DNA of 61,724 nucleotides, the filler included, from Sphacelaria rigidula (lineage: Eukaryota), in the NCBI GenBank assembly GCA_964200075.2. It is 8 parts of 8 records of this genome, joined end to end, with 100 filler letters (N's around TTAATTAATTAA, not from the genome) between each part and the next. Parts side by side here need not be neighbours in the genome. Positions count along the whole stretch, not along the records: positions 38,644 to 46,270 come from CAXNAA020014036.1; positions 46,371 to 53,997 come from CAXNAA020014037.1; 6 more parts are not named here. One strand, written 5' to 3'. The notes under the pieces are model-generated. The model saw nothing but the letters and a program-made list of their open reading frames with translations, did not search any database and was not told where the DNA came from. The translations under genes and the position numbers were made by a program. Shown in pieces: positions 42,801 through 53,997 of this stretch (its first letter is position 1; every line of letters begins with the position of its first letter).

Positions 42801-45141
42801 TCAGGCCCGTGTTAACCCTTCTGGACACGTTGATGGGAAATGACCATTTACAATTGACGTTTTCTTGGTCAAGATGTAGTTGTTTTTCTGTAAGTGTCAA
42901 TGATGCAGCCCACCAAAACGGTACACCACTCTAAGTCCAAGTATGCTAATGTGACAGATTCGTGCCATCAAAGTCGAAGTGACGTTTTTCCCGTGACGAA
43001 AGCTCGTATATAGGAGTTTATACTGTTTGTCGCGAGTTCCATAAGGACCAACGGGATTTTTATCATCCATTTCCATACACGTAATAGACGAAAAGTACGA
43101 AAAATAAAAACCCGTCAGTAGAGGTATCTCAAACTCGGTTCCCGTTGTCCTGGTTCGTTTTGTTCTATTTCTTCATGTGAAAGATGATGGCGATTCATCA
43201 GATGATGGGACCCTTTGACCGCCAAGGCAGGTTCACCTATGAATCGCGATCACTTTCACTTGAAAAAATAGCACAAAACCCAGAGCCATCGAATAAACCA
43301 GGAAACCGGGAACTGAGTTTGAGATACCTCTAGTGAGGACCGTTTGTCGCGGTCGTTGGACGTGCGAAAAAGCTTCGACTGCAGGTCTCTTTCCGGAATA
43401 GTTATTTCGCTCACAGTTCAGCGGATGAACAGGTCAAGCATGTAAACATGAGACACGGAGGGTTTGTGTACCCTGTTTTGCTGAGGGTGGGGTCAGCTGG
43501 GGCATACTCCATTGTGAATGTAGCCAAGGGGTGAAGGCAGTGGGTTGTGATTCCGCCATTCGCGGGTTCAAGTCCCGTCATTCACCCAACTTTCTTCTAC
43601 ACCATGAAATTTTGCTGGTATAGCTCACTTGGTAGAGCAACTGATTTGTAATCAGTAGGTTGAAGGTTCCAGTCATTTTACCAGGTCGCCCCGGTGGCTC
43701 AGTTGGAAACCTCGAAGCCTTCTGACGGTTGGGTCGTGGGTTCAAATCTCGGAGGAAAAACGCTCCTGCCTTGATCTTCCTCTTCTGTGACCCAGGCTGA
43801 TGCGCCCACATATACCGAAAGGTGTAGACTGGCGTCCAGAATAGAAGGGAACACAACACACACACACCAGCTCTTTGTTCCATATTTTATTTTTTATTTG
43901 CCATCTTTTAAAATAAAAAAATAAGTTTAATCACTAGTCGAAAGAACGGCCCAGGAAACAAGCGGGGCAATCACGGCGCCAATCAGGCGATGGCACAACC
44001 AAGTCACAACTACGAAGATCCATGGCGCAAGTTTCAAATTGTGTGCCACCACCCATCTCGCAACACGGTGATCTTGCCTCGTTCATACACTAATGGCCCG
44101 TAGACGCGTGCACACCTCGAGAGCATGTAGTCGCACGATGACCGATATCACAAAAAAATGATATCATTGATCGTCGCACATGGACATCAACTTATCCGAT
44201 GTGTAGAGGCACCCAGCGTTTGAAAAAAAAAACACACACACACACACACGCATACACACGAACGGAAAATATCAACAACAAAAACAACCTCGGGAAAAAG
44301 TGAAACGTGGGCCAGCAAGAAACCAAATACGGTCAGACGACAAGCAAATACTGCCATGCACGCCACACCAAGAGCTAAAACCGTTCTCGTTACGATTAAC
44401 CCTTAGACGGCGAGGGTAGGTCCTCTGTTTAATCAATATCAATTTCACTTGGAAAAGAATGCATGATCCAGATGGACTTTACCCTCGTGGTCGAAGGGTT
44501 GAGTAAGCCTGGACAAACCCTACACTACACTCCACGAAATTCCGGGACACGAACAGCGACACAGGCTTCGCCGATCCATATCGGGAGGCCAGTTGACCGG
44601 TGTTGGGCTACAAATATCCATGGTTGACACAATTTTACAAGTATCGCCACCCCTATCGCTAACCCCAACCTAACGCCTACCGAGAACTCTCGGGCAAGGG
44701 CGGTACACAGCCTACCCTGGGACAGAGTGCGGCCTTGGTAGACCCCAAATCGGCGCCTGTGGTGCCGATTTCAACGAAAAACCGTTCTGCGCACGCGAGG
44801 AGCACACGGAACTGTCAGACCGACTAAAGATCCGATTCTTGTTGTGCAGTCTAAAATCAAGTAGTTACCGATCATGGACTTTTATAGTCCAGCGTCAGGT
44901 AACTCTACTGCATATTGGAGCCCGCCATTGGCCAACGCAATCAGGTCATAACAGGCGAGCATCACCAGCTAGATACAAAACACAAGCAAAACGATAGATC
45001 GGTGGATCATTCTTTTTTCTCACCTGCGGCCCATGTGCTGCTTGTCCCGGGAGAGCGCCATCTGCATCTCCATATGGTTCGGCAGCACCACGATTGCCTC
45101 TCCCGCTCCCCGACCGTCAGGTCGGATCACCATCACCACGT
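39865..45141 (-). CDS. hnRNP F/H / ESRP-like quasi-RRM RNA-binding protein, two exons: complement(join(39865..39934,45024..45141)), partial
   Basis: Spliced peptide DVVMVIRPDGRGAGEAIVVLPNHMEMQMALSRDKQHMGR|RYIEIFQSKRMDYYTAIV has the qRRM signature (GR..GEA.V ... AL.RD...MG.RYIEIF). GT-AG intron 39935..45023 is in phase. Confidence 0.88.
40721..41084. mobile_element. MITE with multiple internal CCTCCGGAGG-like palindromic motifs
   Basis: Imperfect TIR GGCATTTCGCTACCCC / GGGGTAGCTAAATGGCC; the interior is built from repeated CTCC(A/G)GAGG motifs. Confidence 0.65.
42816..43047. mobile_element. piggyBac-type MITE, family B, second copy
   Basis: TTAA|CCCTTCTGGA start; colinear with 2845-3077 over its whole length; right end decayed. 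Confidence 0.8.
43119..43332. mobile_element. Short MITE
   Basis: TIR TAGAGGTATCTCAAACTC / GAGTTTGAGATACCTCTA, extending imperfectly to about 35 bp. Confidence 0.8.
43514..43586 (+). tRNA. trnH-GUG: tRNA-His(GUG), bacterial/plastid type, possibly a pseudogene
   Basis: Cloverleaf: acceptor GTGAATG/CATTCAC, D-arm TAGCCAAG..GG..AAGGCA, anticodon loop TTGTGAT (GTG at 43547-43549), T-arm GCGGG-TTCAAGT-CCCGT. Discriminator is C (bacterial/organellar His identity). No encoded G-1. Confidence 0.85.
43614..43872 (+). pseudogene. trnT-UGU: tRNA-Thr(UGU) pseudogene, bacterial/organellar type, split by a SINE (43614..43684 + 43871..43872)
   Basis: 5' strand GCTGGTA, anticodon arm ACTGA-TTTGTAA-TCAGT, damaged T-arm (GGTTCCAGTCATTT). 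The 3' acceptor strand TACCAG-C-T is restored only when the insertion and one ACCAG copy are removed. Confidence 0.8.
43685..43865 (+). mobile_element. tRNA-derived SINE, internally deleted copy, 5-bp TSD ACCAG
   Basis: Head with A-box TGGCTCAGTTGG and B-box GGTTCAAATC; 3' segment ...GACTGGCGTCCAGAATAGAAGG + (CA)n tail shared with the 19562 copy; ACCAG at 43680-43684 and 43866-43870. Confidence 0.85.
44400..44498. mobile_element. 99-bp minimal piggyBac family A MITE
   Basis: TTAA|CCCTTAGACGGCGAGGGTA ... TACCCTCGTGGTCGAAGGG|TTGA. Confidence 0.72.
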
Positions 45142-45316
45142 CTAACGGCACCAGACCTGAATGCAAAGAGAGGGAGAGAAAAAAAGTAGACATGGTGAAA
45201 TTAGCGTCTCGTCGGGAACACGAACTAATTCATCCCTTGCGACGGGTACGAGCTGGGCCAGCCTAGAGGCTGAATGAAAGTTTGCAGGCGGATGCGTCGG
45301 CCAATATTTGGAGTTA

Positions 45317-46116
45317 AGCCGGATGTTATGGCAACAGATCTTCGGCTCCGGATCTTCAAAATTCGTGTGACACACATGTTGTGGGTACAATTTTATCGAA
45401 ATTTTGGGCGAAAAATCCGTGGCCAAGATTCGGGGCCCGAGTCCCACAAACTTTTGGGGAAACTGGCGGGGGTCGGCAAGCACAGATTTTTGCACGCGGA
45501 TTTTTGCGTTTTGGTCGGCAGACCGTCAAAATGGGGTCACGCCGCGTTTTTCTAGGATGTGCCGGCGTGCTGGCTGCGCCTTTGTGAGTGATCCTGTCGA
45601 CAACAACCAACAACACACGAAGCAACCACACGCCGCAGCCGATGCGCCATGGAGCCCGCTTCGCGCGTACGAGACAAAAAACGACACGCCTTGTTCGTCG
45701 GTCTCCTGGTAAAAGCATTGCTAAGACGTTGAGAGAGTAGACATGTGATGCGGACTGTCGCTGTCTGACGGGTAGTTCTGCGATCCTTCGATGAAGGATT
45801 CAACTTTTAGCAGTAACGAGGGGGGTATGATCGCTTACTTATGTGCTCGAAAGAACCGGCACTGGTGTTGGTGGGGTGGTGATGACCTCTCTGCGGCAGT
45901 GACGCTACATAACTACAGCACGCCACAGTACACGAGACACCTACGAGATTGTGAGCTGTTGAAACACGCTAAGCATAAAACTCGAAACCCTGGTGGAGGT
46001 ATACAAAACAGTATGGTATGAAAATCTGTGTGCTGCCATAATATCGTTCCCGAAACCAAATTGGCCGCGGATTTGTTTCACCATACTTCAAAAATCTGTT
46101 GCCACAACATCCGGCC
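45317..46116. mobile_element. PIF/Harbinger-type element, TTA TSD, inserted into a mariner-type element end
   Basis: TTA|AGCCGGATGTTATGGCAACAGAT ... ATCTGTTGCCACAACATCCGGCC|TTA. Confidence 0.8.
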
Positions 46117-46959
46117 TTAGGCTGTTTCTTCCGGTTGGTTGTTTCCCCTCGTTTTTTGCAAAAAATTACGAGGAAAAAATAACACTAGGAAAATACGGGG
46201 AGAGATGCTGACCCTGCCTAACGGTTCCAGACAAATTTTTGAGGGGGGTGTGTACCCATGATCATGCTTGNNNNNNNNNNNNNNNNNNNNNNNNNNNNNN
46301 NNNNNNNNNNNNNNTTAATTAATTAANNNNNNNNNNNNNNNNNNNNNNNNNNNNNNNNNNNNNNNNNNNNCGCATGAAGGGTGAGCTGCGTCTTGCTAAG
46401 ATTCTTCGGCCCAAAGCCTACTGATTATATTGCATTTGGATGAGAGCCTACGATGAGTCGCTTTATTTTCTGGTATCGCCGCTTCCAGAGACAGCAACGG
46501 CTTATACACTGCCTCATGAGTGGGGCGCGGGGGGGGATGGGTTCTGGTGGGTAAAAGTTCAAAAGCGGCATCAACACCACACACTGCCCAACGGCAAGCA
46601 GTAACACTCCAGCGATTGCAGGGCAGGCATTGCCCAACAGCCCGGTCCTTGGCGGATTTCGAGATCCAGTGAAGCAGAATAGAACTTTCAGGTTTCGGTA
46701 GTGAAGTATATAAGTCATGAACTGCACATGATGGTCCGTAGCGGTGGACAGTTACTCAACTATTATCTTGATTTTATACTGCACAAAAATGAGTATCACT
46801 TGCCAATAAAATGTCTGTGTACGGTACAGGAGACGGAAGGCAGACCGACTGCAGTCCGCTATTTTACTGTAATGACTATGATGCTCTAATACTCGGTACT
46901 GCTTCAGACTGGCTGCCGTCCGCGTTCACACTGTAATTATTTTAGTGCTCTACTATAAT

Positions 46960-48186
46960 AGGGTCCTTCTTATCGAAGGGGATTTTCCCGCTTTTCACAA
47001 TTCCCTTTTGACATGGGATTGGCCCCATGGTGACCAGTCCTGAGTCCTATCGAGAAGCAGTTTTGTACAGACTGGACCCCAGATCTGCACGCAGGTTCAG
47101 AAGTGCGGCGGGTCTGGAAGTGGTCGTTAGTCCAAGATCTGTGTCATGTTGTAGACAAGACGCAACAAGGAAAGACAAATCACAGACCAACCTACACACC
47201 CAGCCCCGAAAAAGCACGCACAGACACGCACCACTCACACGCATTAGTTTCACTGCTAGCCCTTGCTAATCTACTCACGGCAGTCTCTGTTTGACTGAAC
47301 TCCGTTCTATATTGGACGCATGGCGGCCGCGTGCGTGTCAAAAACAACCGAAAACGTGTCGTTGCTGCCCGTTTTGTAAGCGTGTGCTGCACGCGTGTCT
47401 CACACAAATCACCATTTCTCAATTAATTCTGAACAAATTCGAGGGAGGTCACACACAACGGGCAAATCTGATGAGCAACTACGGCTCGAGCAGTGTGTTT
47501 TTGGTTCGCGGGGACACCAAGTTCCTCAGGCTCAGCTCTTTCAACGGGACACGTATGTTCCCCTCCGACGTGCACAGAAACCCCTCTTGAAGAGGGAATT
47601 TCTGCGCACGTTGAGGGGATTCTGGGGGGGGGTATCATCGCAGCGACCAATCAGAGGTCGTTTTTCTAAAAGGGGATTTTGGAAAAGGGGATTAGGGCCC
47701 TTCTTAACGAAAGGGATTATCCCCTTTTTCACAATCTCCTTTTGACAGGGGATCGGGCCCATAGCGACCAGTCCCGAGTCCTATCGACAAGCAGTTTTGT
47801 AAAAATTGGAACCCAGATCTGCGCGCAGGTTGAGAAACACGGCGGGTCTGGAAGTGGCCGTTAGTCCAGGCAGGCCCAAAGCCTGTGTAATGCTGTGTGT
47901 TTTTGGTTTGCGGGGCCACCAAATTCCTCAGGCTCAGCTCTGATCGTGTTAGGCTGTGTCGTAAGCCTTTGCATGTGCTCCTGTCAATCGGACACCTATG
48001 TTTCCCCTTCGACGTGTCCGGAAATCCCCTTTTGAAAAGGGGATTTCAGGAAGTGTTTTGCACTTCCTGAAATCCCCTCTCCAGAGGGGATTTTTTGGGG
48101 GGTGGTATCGCATCGACCAATCACCGTTTGTTTTTCAAAAAAAGGATTTTGAGAAAGGGGATTATCCCCTTCGTTGAGAAGGACCC
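46960..48186. mobile_element. Two tandem Tourist/Harbinger-like MITE copies (junction near 47692)
   Basis: GGGTCCTTCTTATCGAAGGGGATT (46960) and GGGCCCTTCTTAACGAAAGGGATT (47695) start colinear units; the inverted end ATCCCCTTCGTTGAGAAGGACCC|TTA is at 48164-48189. Confidence 0.65.
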
Positions 48187-49104
48187 TTATCCCCTTTGTT
48201 AACCCCTTCGGTACTGGCAGTGGAAAAGTGGTGATTTCGAGGTGCTGCTTTTTGTACAACATATGGTTGAATGTTTAGAGCTTCCAAGGACCACCATTTT
48301 GCCCAAGGCGTGTTTTTCAGACGCGCGACCGCTTGCAACTGGCGGTGAATCGCGGAAATACTGTATCGCACCTCAATCCTTTCACGTCTGGTGAGGGGTT
48401 TTCTGTGTGCTCGGCAATACTACTTTGTTTCTGTGATGTGGCTTGGCACGTTTGCCAAATGTTGGGCCGGTACGACCTCCGGACTGCAGCACAACAATAC
48501 TCCGGTGGGGTGCGTCATCTATGTAAATGTGTGCCGCAGTGCCACACGGGACTGAATATATAGGAAACATGCAGGTGGTACTGATTTTTATTCTATGAAA
48601 TTCTGAGGCAGCGATGCTGGTCTTCGCCATCTGTACAAACTTGAACATACTTGACCCGTTGCATTTCCTCATTCAATAAAACTAATCCGACCGCACCGGG
48701 GCGACATTTTGGGTGCGAGCATGACGTATGTCGGTCAACTATTCTGTGGCCCTCTGCCGTAAAAATGGTTGTTGCCGGTCTCTTCTTCTTTGTCAGCGCT
48801 TGAAATACTGAGGCGTCTGGACCGGAGACGGGAGGGAAGGGTCCCCAAAGGGTTATGAAGGGCCCTTACTCTACTGTTTGTAAACTTTGCTTTGCATGCA
48901 ACAGTTACCCTTGTTGTGCTTGAGCTTCCGTCACCGTATCGACTGTTATGCGATGCGGGCGCGAAGTAAACAACGTGGCTCCAGCGATTTCTACGTGCTA
49001 AGCAAACGGGTGAGGTGACGGTGGGACCATTCCCAGGTCGTTTCGTCCAGCACAACTTCGCAGTGTATCGTGTATCAGCTGCCGATTCCAAGATTCGGAT
49101 CGGC

Positions 49105-49150
49105 TGTGTGTGTGTGTTGTCATCTCATCTATTCTGGACGCCAGTCTATA
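49105..49150 (-). mobile_element. 3' tail fragment of the same SINE/LINE family; a related tail lies at about 55-150 on the + strand
   Basis: Reverse complement of GACTGGCGTCCAGAATAGA followed by (CA)n. Confidence 0.65.
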
Positions 49151-50510
49151 TAATCCAGGTTGCAGTTCACTATTTTGCTGTCATGACTCTGATGCTCTAC
49201 TGCTCTGCTGTCTGTACTTGAATCATGTAATTTTGACACCCCACTCGTCAAACCCACGCAGAGCAAGCGCCCAACATCAAGATTACAGAGCGTTCGACAG
49301 CATCGCACACCGGTTTTTCGTACAATGTTGGGGACATAGTATTGTACCAGCGTACATCGCACTGTGTTCTGCGTTTTAGCAGCGCACGTATGTCGAACCC
49401 CTCGTTATTGGCCGATGGATGTCCAAGCTAGGTGACGATGGTTTGTGACGCTAACAAGAAACACTGAATTGCTGTGCATGGACGCAGCAGTGAGTCGTCT
49501 CGGTAGTGCCCAAAATGTAAGGTTTGCTTTGCATGCAGCAGTGACCCTCGTTGTGCTTTAGCTTGCCTCACCGCATTGACTGTTCTGGGATGCGGGCGCG
49601 AAGTAAACAGCATGGCTTCAGCGACTAATCGCGTGCCGAGCGAACGGATGAGATGTCTGTGGGATCATTCCCACAGTCAAGCATAACTTGAGTTTTTGTT
49701 ACACTACAAAAAACACTGGATTGCTGTGCATGGTTGCACTGCGTCGTATCGGTAGTGTCCAAACTACGGAGTTTTCAAACTCTATGGGTGAGCATACAAC
49801 TTGACCGTTCATCACGGATCATCTCTCAGCCTGCTTTTGCGTGACGATGGAGTAGAGTGACGGGTTTTTTCGCTTCAGTCCGAGCGTCTAGTGTAAAATA
49901 TTGTTCCGAAAAATGATCATTTTTGATCTGGAGAAAGTGTGGAAAAAGCGGACGCAAATATACTGACCTGAGTATCGAGCAAAGAGACATTTTCTGCAAT
50001 ACATTTGATGATGATCCATTTGAAATAATAGTATAATGATGAAAAATAATGATAATGACGCACCCGTTGTCCCGACATCGTTCACACTCTTGTTGTCAGT
50101 GCCTTGCGTATTGCGAGCGTGGAAGTCCCTTGTCACGCTATGATATCGGTCTACACAGGCGGGGTGTACTCATGATCACGCATGCCATAGTCATATGACC
50201 ATTGGCACGGGTGGGTGGGGGGGCATCCCGAAGTCATACACCAGCTTATAGCACCCAAGTGCAGTGAGCTCTTTGCTTCGTGTCCAAGGGACACGTGGCA
50301 TCCGTTTTATGGATTTCGTCGTAGCGTCAAGATACTTGGGCAGATTCCTGCCCTGAACGTGAGGTATCCATCCATCGTCTTGTGAAGACACGGCACGTGA
50401 AAAATTGAGCTCCCAGGCACCACACGACCTCCCGGTGCTGCACCCGAGGCATTTGGAACCACGGGCACTATTTGGCAGCTGGCCGATGAAATACTGCGGT
50501 ATGCTGTCCA

Positions 50511-52535
50511 ATGAACGAAGCTGGGGACGGGTGTTACTGGTATAGCGCTGCTTTTCTCGAGTGTTTACAGGTTAACTGCACTAGGGGCGATGAAAATTAC
50601 CTTCGTGGTCCTGCTTGTGTGAACGAAGAACAATGAATACTGATGCATCGTGGTTGCCGTGTTTACAGGTTAGTGATGCAGACTTCAAGGATGATGATGA
50701 CCGAAAGCGCACTATTCATACGGCAAGAGAAACTCTAGAAGCTTTTCAACAAGGTGTGTCCCACGAAGGGGTGAGTACCATGTTGATCGTCAAATCGCTG
50801 CGCGTTGTGTTGCTGTACTGTAGAACACGGTAGAGGACGTCACTCCATCTGGACGTGCATGACGACAGTACCGAGAATTAAGTTGGGGTTCTAGTGTCGT
50901 GTAACGATCATGTGCACTGGCAGCCATTTGAAAAACCTGTGCACTGGTGAGCGATTCGCCGTGTTTAGTCTTGAAGGGCAACGGCCAATATTGGACGTGC
51001 GTTGCCAAGGGGTTAAGTTGGTCATGTCCCTGGGCTCATATTTCGTGACGTTGTCTTTTCCACGAGAGGAGGAGCCCGAACGCGAGCGCTGCATATTTGA
51101 CGTAAGCTGTCAGTTGTTCCCCCGTGCGAACGTGCTACTGTTTTGCACTATGTTATAGCAGTGTCAGTCAGGTGATCTTTCGTCACTGTGCCAGCGCGTG
51201 GAAGGTTTCACTAGCAGACGATGTCGTTCCAGTGTCTTGTGCATGTGCCTAGTGTCGACGTCATTGGTTTCACTACAACGCGTGTGGCCAGGGATTTTTC
51301 ACGTTCTGATTCCTGACCCGACCAACGCGTTTATGATCATCAGTGTGACTCTCGTGATTCCGGAGAGGAAATAATTGACTTCACATGTTGATATCAAGGA
51401 GCGCCAACCCCCCCTGTTTGTTCCTTCACGACATGAAGTATCATGTCTGAACTCACTAGTGTCTCCAGTCCTACCGTTGACCCGAGACAAGTTTTTCGGT
51501 TGTGAACTGCGTATCTGATATTCTATTCGGTCTAACCCGCCTCAGTATAAAATCTGAAGTAGTCTCCTGACATTCGGTCTCGTAATTCTTTGGGTGGGCA
51601 CAAGCAATTTTCACGTCCACATGCACGCAAGGCTCAGTCTGCATGGTTGCCATGTAGTACTCCTGGCGCAGGGTAGACGCATCCAGGAACAATGAGGCTT
51701 TCTAAGATGCCTATTTGCAACATGAAGCCTGACCTCTGCACGTCTCTCATACACCCCTGATCTGGCGTGCTAGTGTCGTAGCTATATACCTACAGTTAAG
51801 ATTGCGTCTTGATGCAATACCATCGTCGCCTTTCGCCAAATGTTCAGCAGCCCGCAGTTTTGCGTTCTCACATCCTGAGCGTGATGAATCGCACGTGATT
51901 GTGTAATGCCTACTGTGCTTTCCACACTGGTCTCCAGCTACTGTCATCAAATGAGGAGGCGGATGACGTCGACACTTCAGTGCTGCCGATGTTGGGGGCC
52001 GATTTTTACCTGGGCTCGTTCCTTCTCAAGCTTCCTGTCACAAGCCCGGAGGCAAGTATGCCTTATATAGTAGCTAGAGCTTTATTGAGATATATCGTAT
52101 ATGCTAGTAATTGCCCGCTGTTGCAAGCGTAGCTCAGAAAATCAAGATATGTGTCTCATCTGTTGTTCGGAGCCGAACACCACCTCAGGAAGGGGAGCAC
52201 ACGACGATCCCCGTTCGTGCAATGTTTATTTTTCGCCCTTGATGTGCGCTGCTGATTTGATTGTAATGGATGTCGTTGTTGTGCCACGGCCGAACAGATG
52301 GATCGTGGACAGCCTCTCACGTTTTCCGATACCCTGATTGTCCTCTACAGGCACGTCTCCAAGTTTTGGACAAGGCGGAAGCCCTTCTGTCCAAGTACCT
52401 CAACACCTGTGAGCAGTTGTCCGTCCTGCAAGATGGCGACCGCCTTGCATGGCACGCAATGCTCAAACACGGACGAGATTCGACGCTTGGCGGAGGACAC
52501 CCTATGAGTCGACAACAGAAGATTGAGCGATTCAG
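50511..52535 (+). CDS. TAP42: TAP42/IGBP1 (alpha4)-family PP2A-associated protein, N-terminal exons: join(50511..50570 tentative,50669..50770,51938..52051,52351..52535), 3' partial
   Basis: Peptide ..GLLSSNEEADDVDTSVLPMLGADFYLGSFLLK..ARLQVLDKAEALLSKYLNTCE..SRQQKIERFR matches recalled family motifs (LFS.NE..EDI.T..L.YL, R..KI.RF). Phases are consistent; intron 52052..52350 is GC-AG. The first exon is inferred from an ATG, a donor and a plausible length. Confidence 0.82.
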
Positions 52536-53830
52536 GTGATTATTGCTCGATAGAATGATGTTTGTTCTCTCAGCCCCGGTTCCGTAGGGGTGAAGAAGAT
52601 GCGGTGAGGTTGACTGCGGTACTTGTGCCATTCTTGACCGCTCAACTTGCCTCGAGTCACAACCACTCCGGGCTTTTCAATCGTGGAATCTTTGTTGTGT
52701 CTTTTGTGTTCCATCACGTACCACCCCGGATCGTGTTTGCATGCCTGCCTTGTCCGCAATGCGCGAGATTCTAAAGCAGGCAAACTTATCCATGTCAACT
52801 CTTCATCCTCCTGTGACACAAAGGTTCGCTCTGTTGGCTATAGCTCGGCCTCTGGCGCACTGAAAACAACTGTGCAGTCATTCACACGGCGCCAACCGTA
52901 CGAGTCTCGGCCACCCTGATGTATAGGCGATAAGCAAACTGACAGCACCGACTGTTATGAGTCTGTGTCACAGGCAGGCTCGCAGCACCAACTAATGAGC
53001 ACGCAGCTAGGTAAAAAGATATTTAGAGGTACAGTACAATGAATCAATCGAATATTTTCCCAGGGGAATATGAAAGTATGTTTCGTCACTGAAGAGAAGT
53101 TTGAGCCCACAACAGTATACTCGAACTCATGTAGATGATGCGACGATGTATGCAACGCTTAGACGGAAAGTAGACTCAGATGAAATCGAATGAGACTCGA
53201 AGTACTCTAACATGACATGATGGGGGTAGAGCACACCCAATTCGCTATGCTCCGACCTACCTGAATCCAATATCGATTAATCACACCGGCCCGTAGGTCT
53301 CAATTACTAGTATCGAATCTTTTAGCGCAGGAGTGCGGTACACGTGCATATAGCATATATATGTATCCCGATGAGCATACGAGTACCGGGTCTCTGAGAC
53401 CGTTCACCAATTTGAGAATCAGTCGATCAAAAAACACACTCAACCTTTGTGGTGCCATCTGGCATGTTGGCATCCTGGGTGCTTTTCTCACCGCCACGTT
53501 TGAGTCTGCAATCACCCCTGAAATGAATAGTTACAAATAGTCATGCACGAGCTAACAGTGTGTGGCGCAGCACCAGATGACGGCAGACGTATTGCGAGCT
53601 ATACAAAACGAAAACACGCACAACAGTCCCGAGTAGCCGTCTCCTTATGGGGCTTTGTACATTGATGGAAAAATCCAGCGTCAAGCGTTGTTGGCATTTG
53701 GTGTCGTTGCGGAGCGGAGGGGTTGGGGGGGAGATGTTCAGCGGATATAGTGTACCCTTCAAATACATGAAGTTGTTCATCAATATATCCTGGTACTAGA
53801 GCAAAATTCGCCGGAATACCCCACCCACTC

Positions 53831-53997
53831 CCGGTCGCCCCGGTGGCTCAGTTGGTAACCTCGAAACTTTGTTGAGTAGGGGGGTTCAATTCCTGGAGTG
53901 ATCTAGGATTTTTTCTCACAATAACAAGCCCAACAGTGAAGAGCGACTATGTCGTGGGTACACAAAATTCGACTCAACGGTCGACGAGGGAAAGGGA
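53831..53997 (+). mobile_element. tRNA-derived SINE, 5' part, truncated by the contig end
   Basis: A-box head, B-box-like GGTTCAATTCC, and body CCCAACAGTG.AGAGCGACTATGTCGTGGGTACAC..GGTCGACGAGGGAAAGGGA matching 19621-19688. Confidence 0.8.

Larger units (their letters stand above)
41090..43366. mobile_element. CACTA/EnSpm-like non-autonomous element carrying nested MITEs
   Basis: TIR CACACGTCCAACGAC / GTCGTTGGACGTGCG, with dense subterminal CGACT repeats at 41100-41400. No recognisable transposase. Confidence 0.55.

Noticed and set aside
43930..43975. Possible start of a plastid protein gene (rps4-like) after the tRNA pair
   Set aside because: No ATG and only a vague SR..GP resemblance; not supportable.
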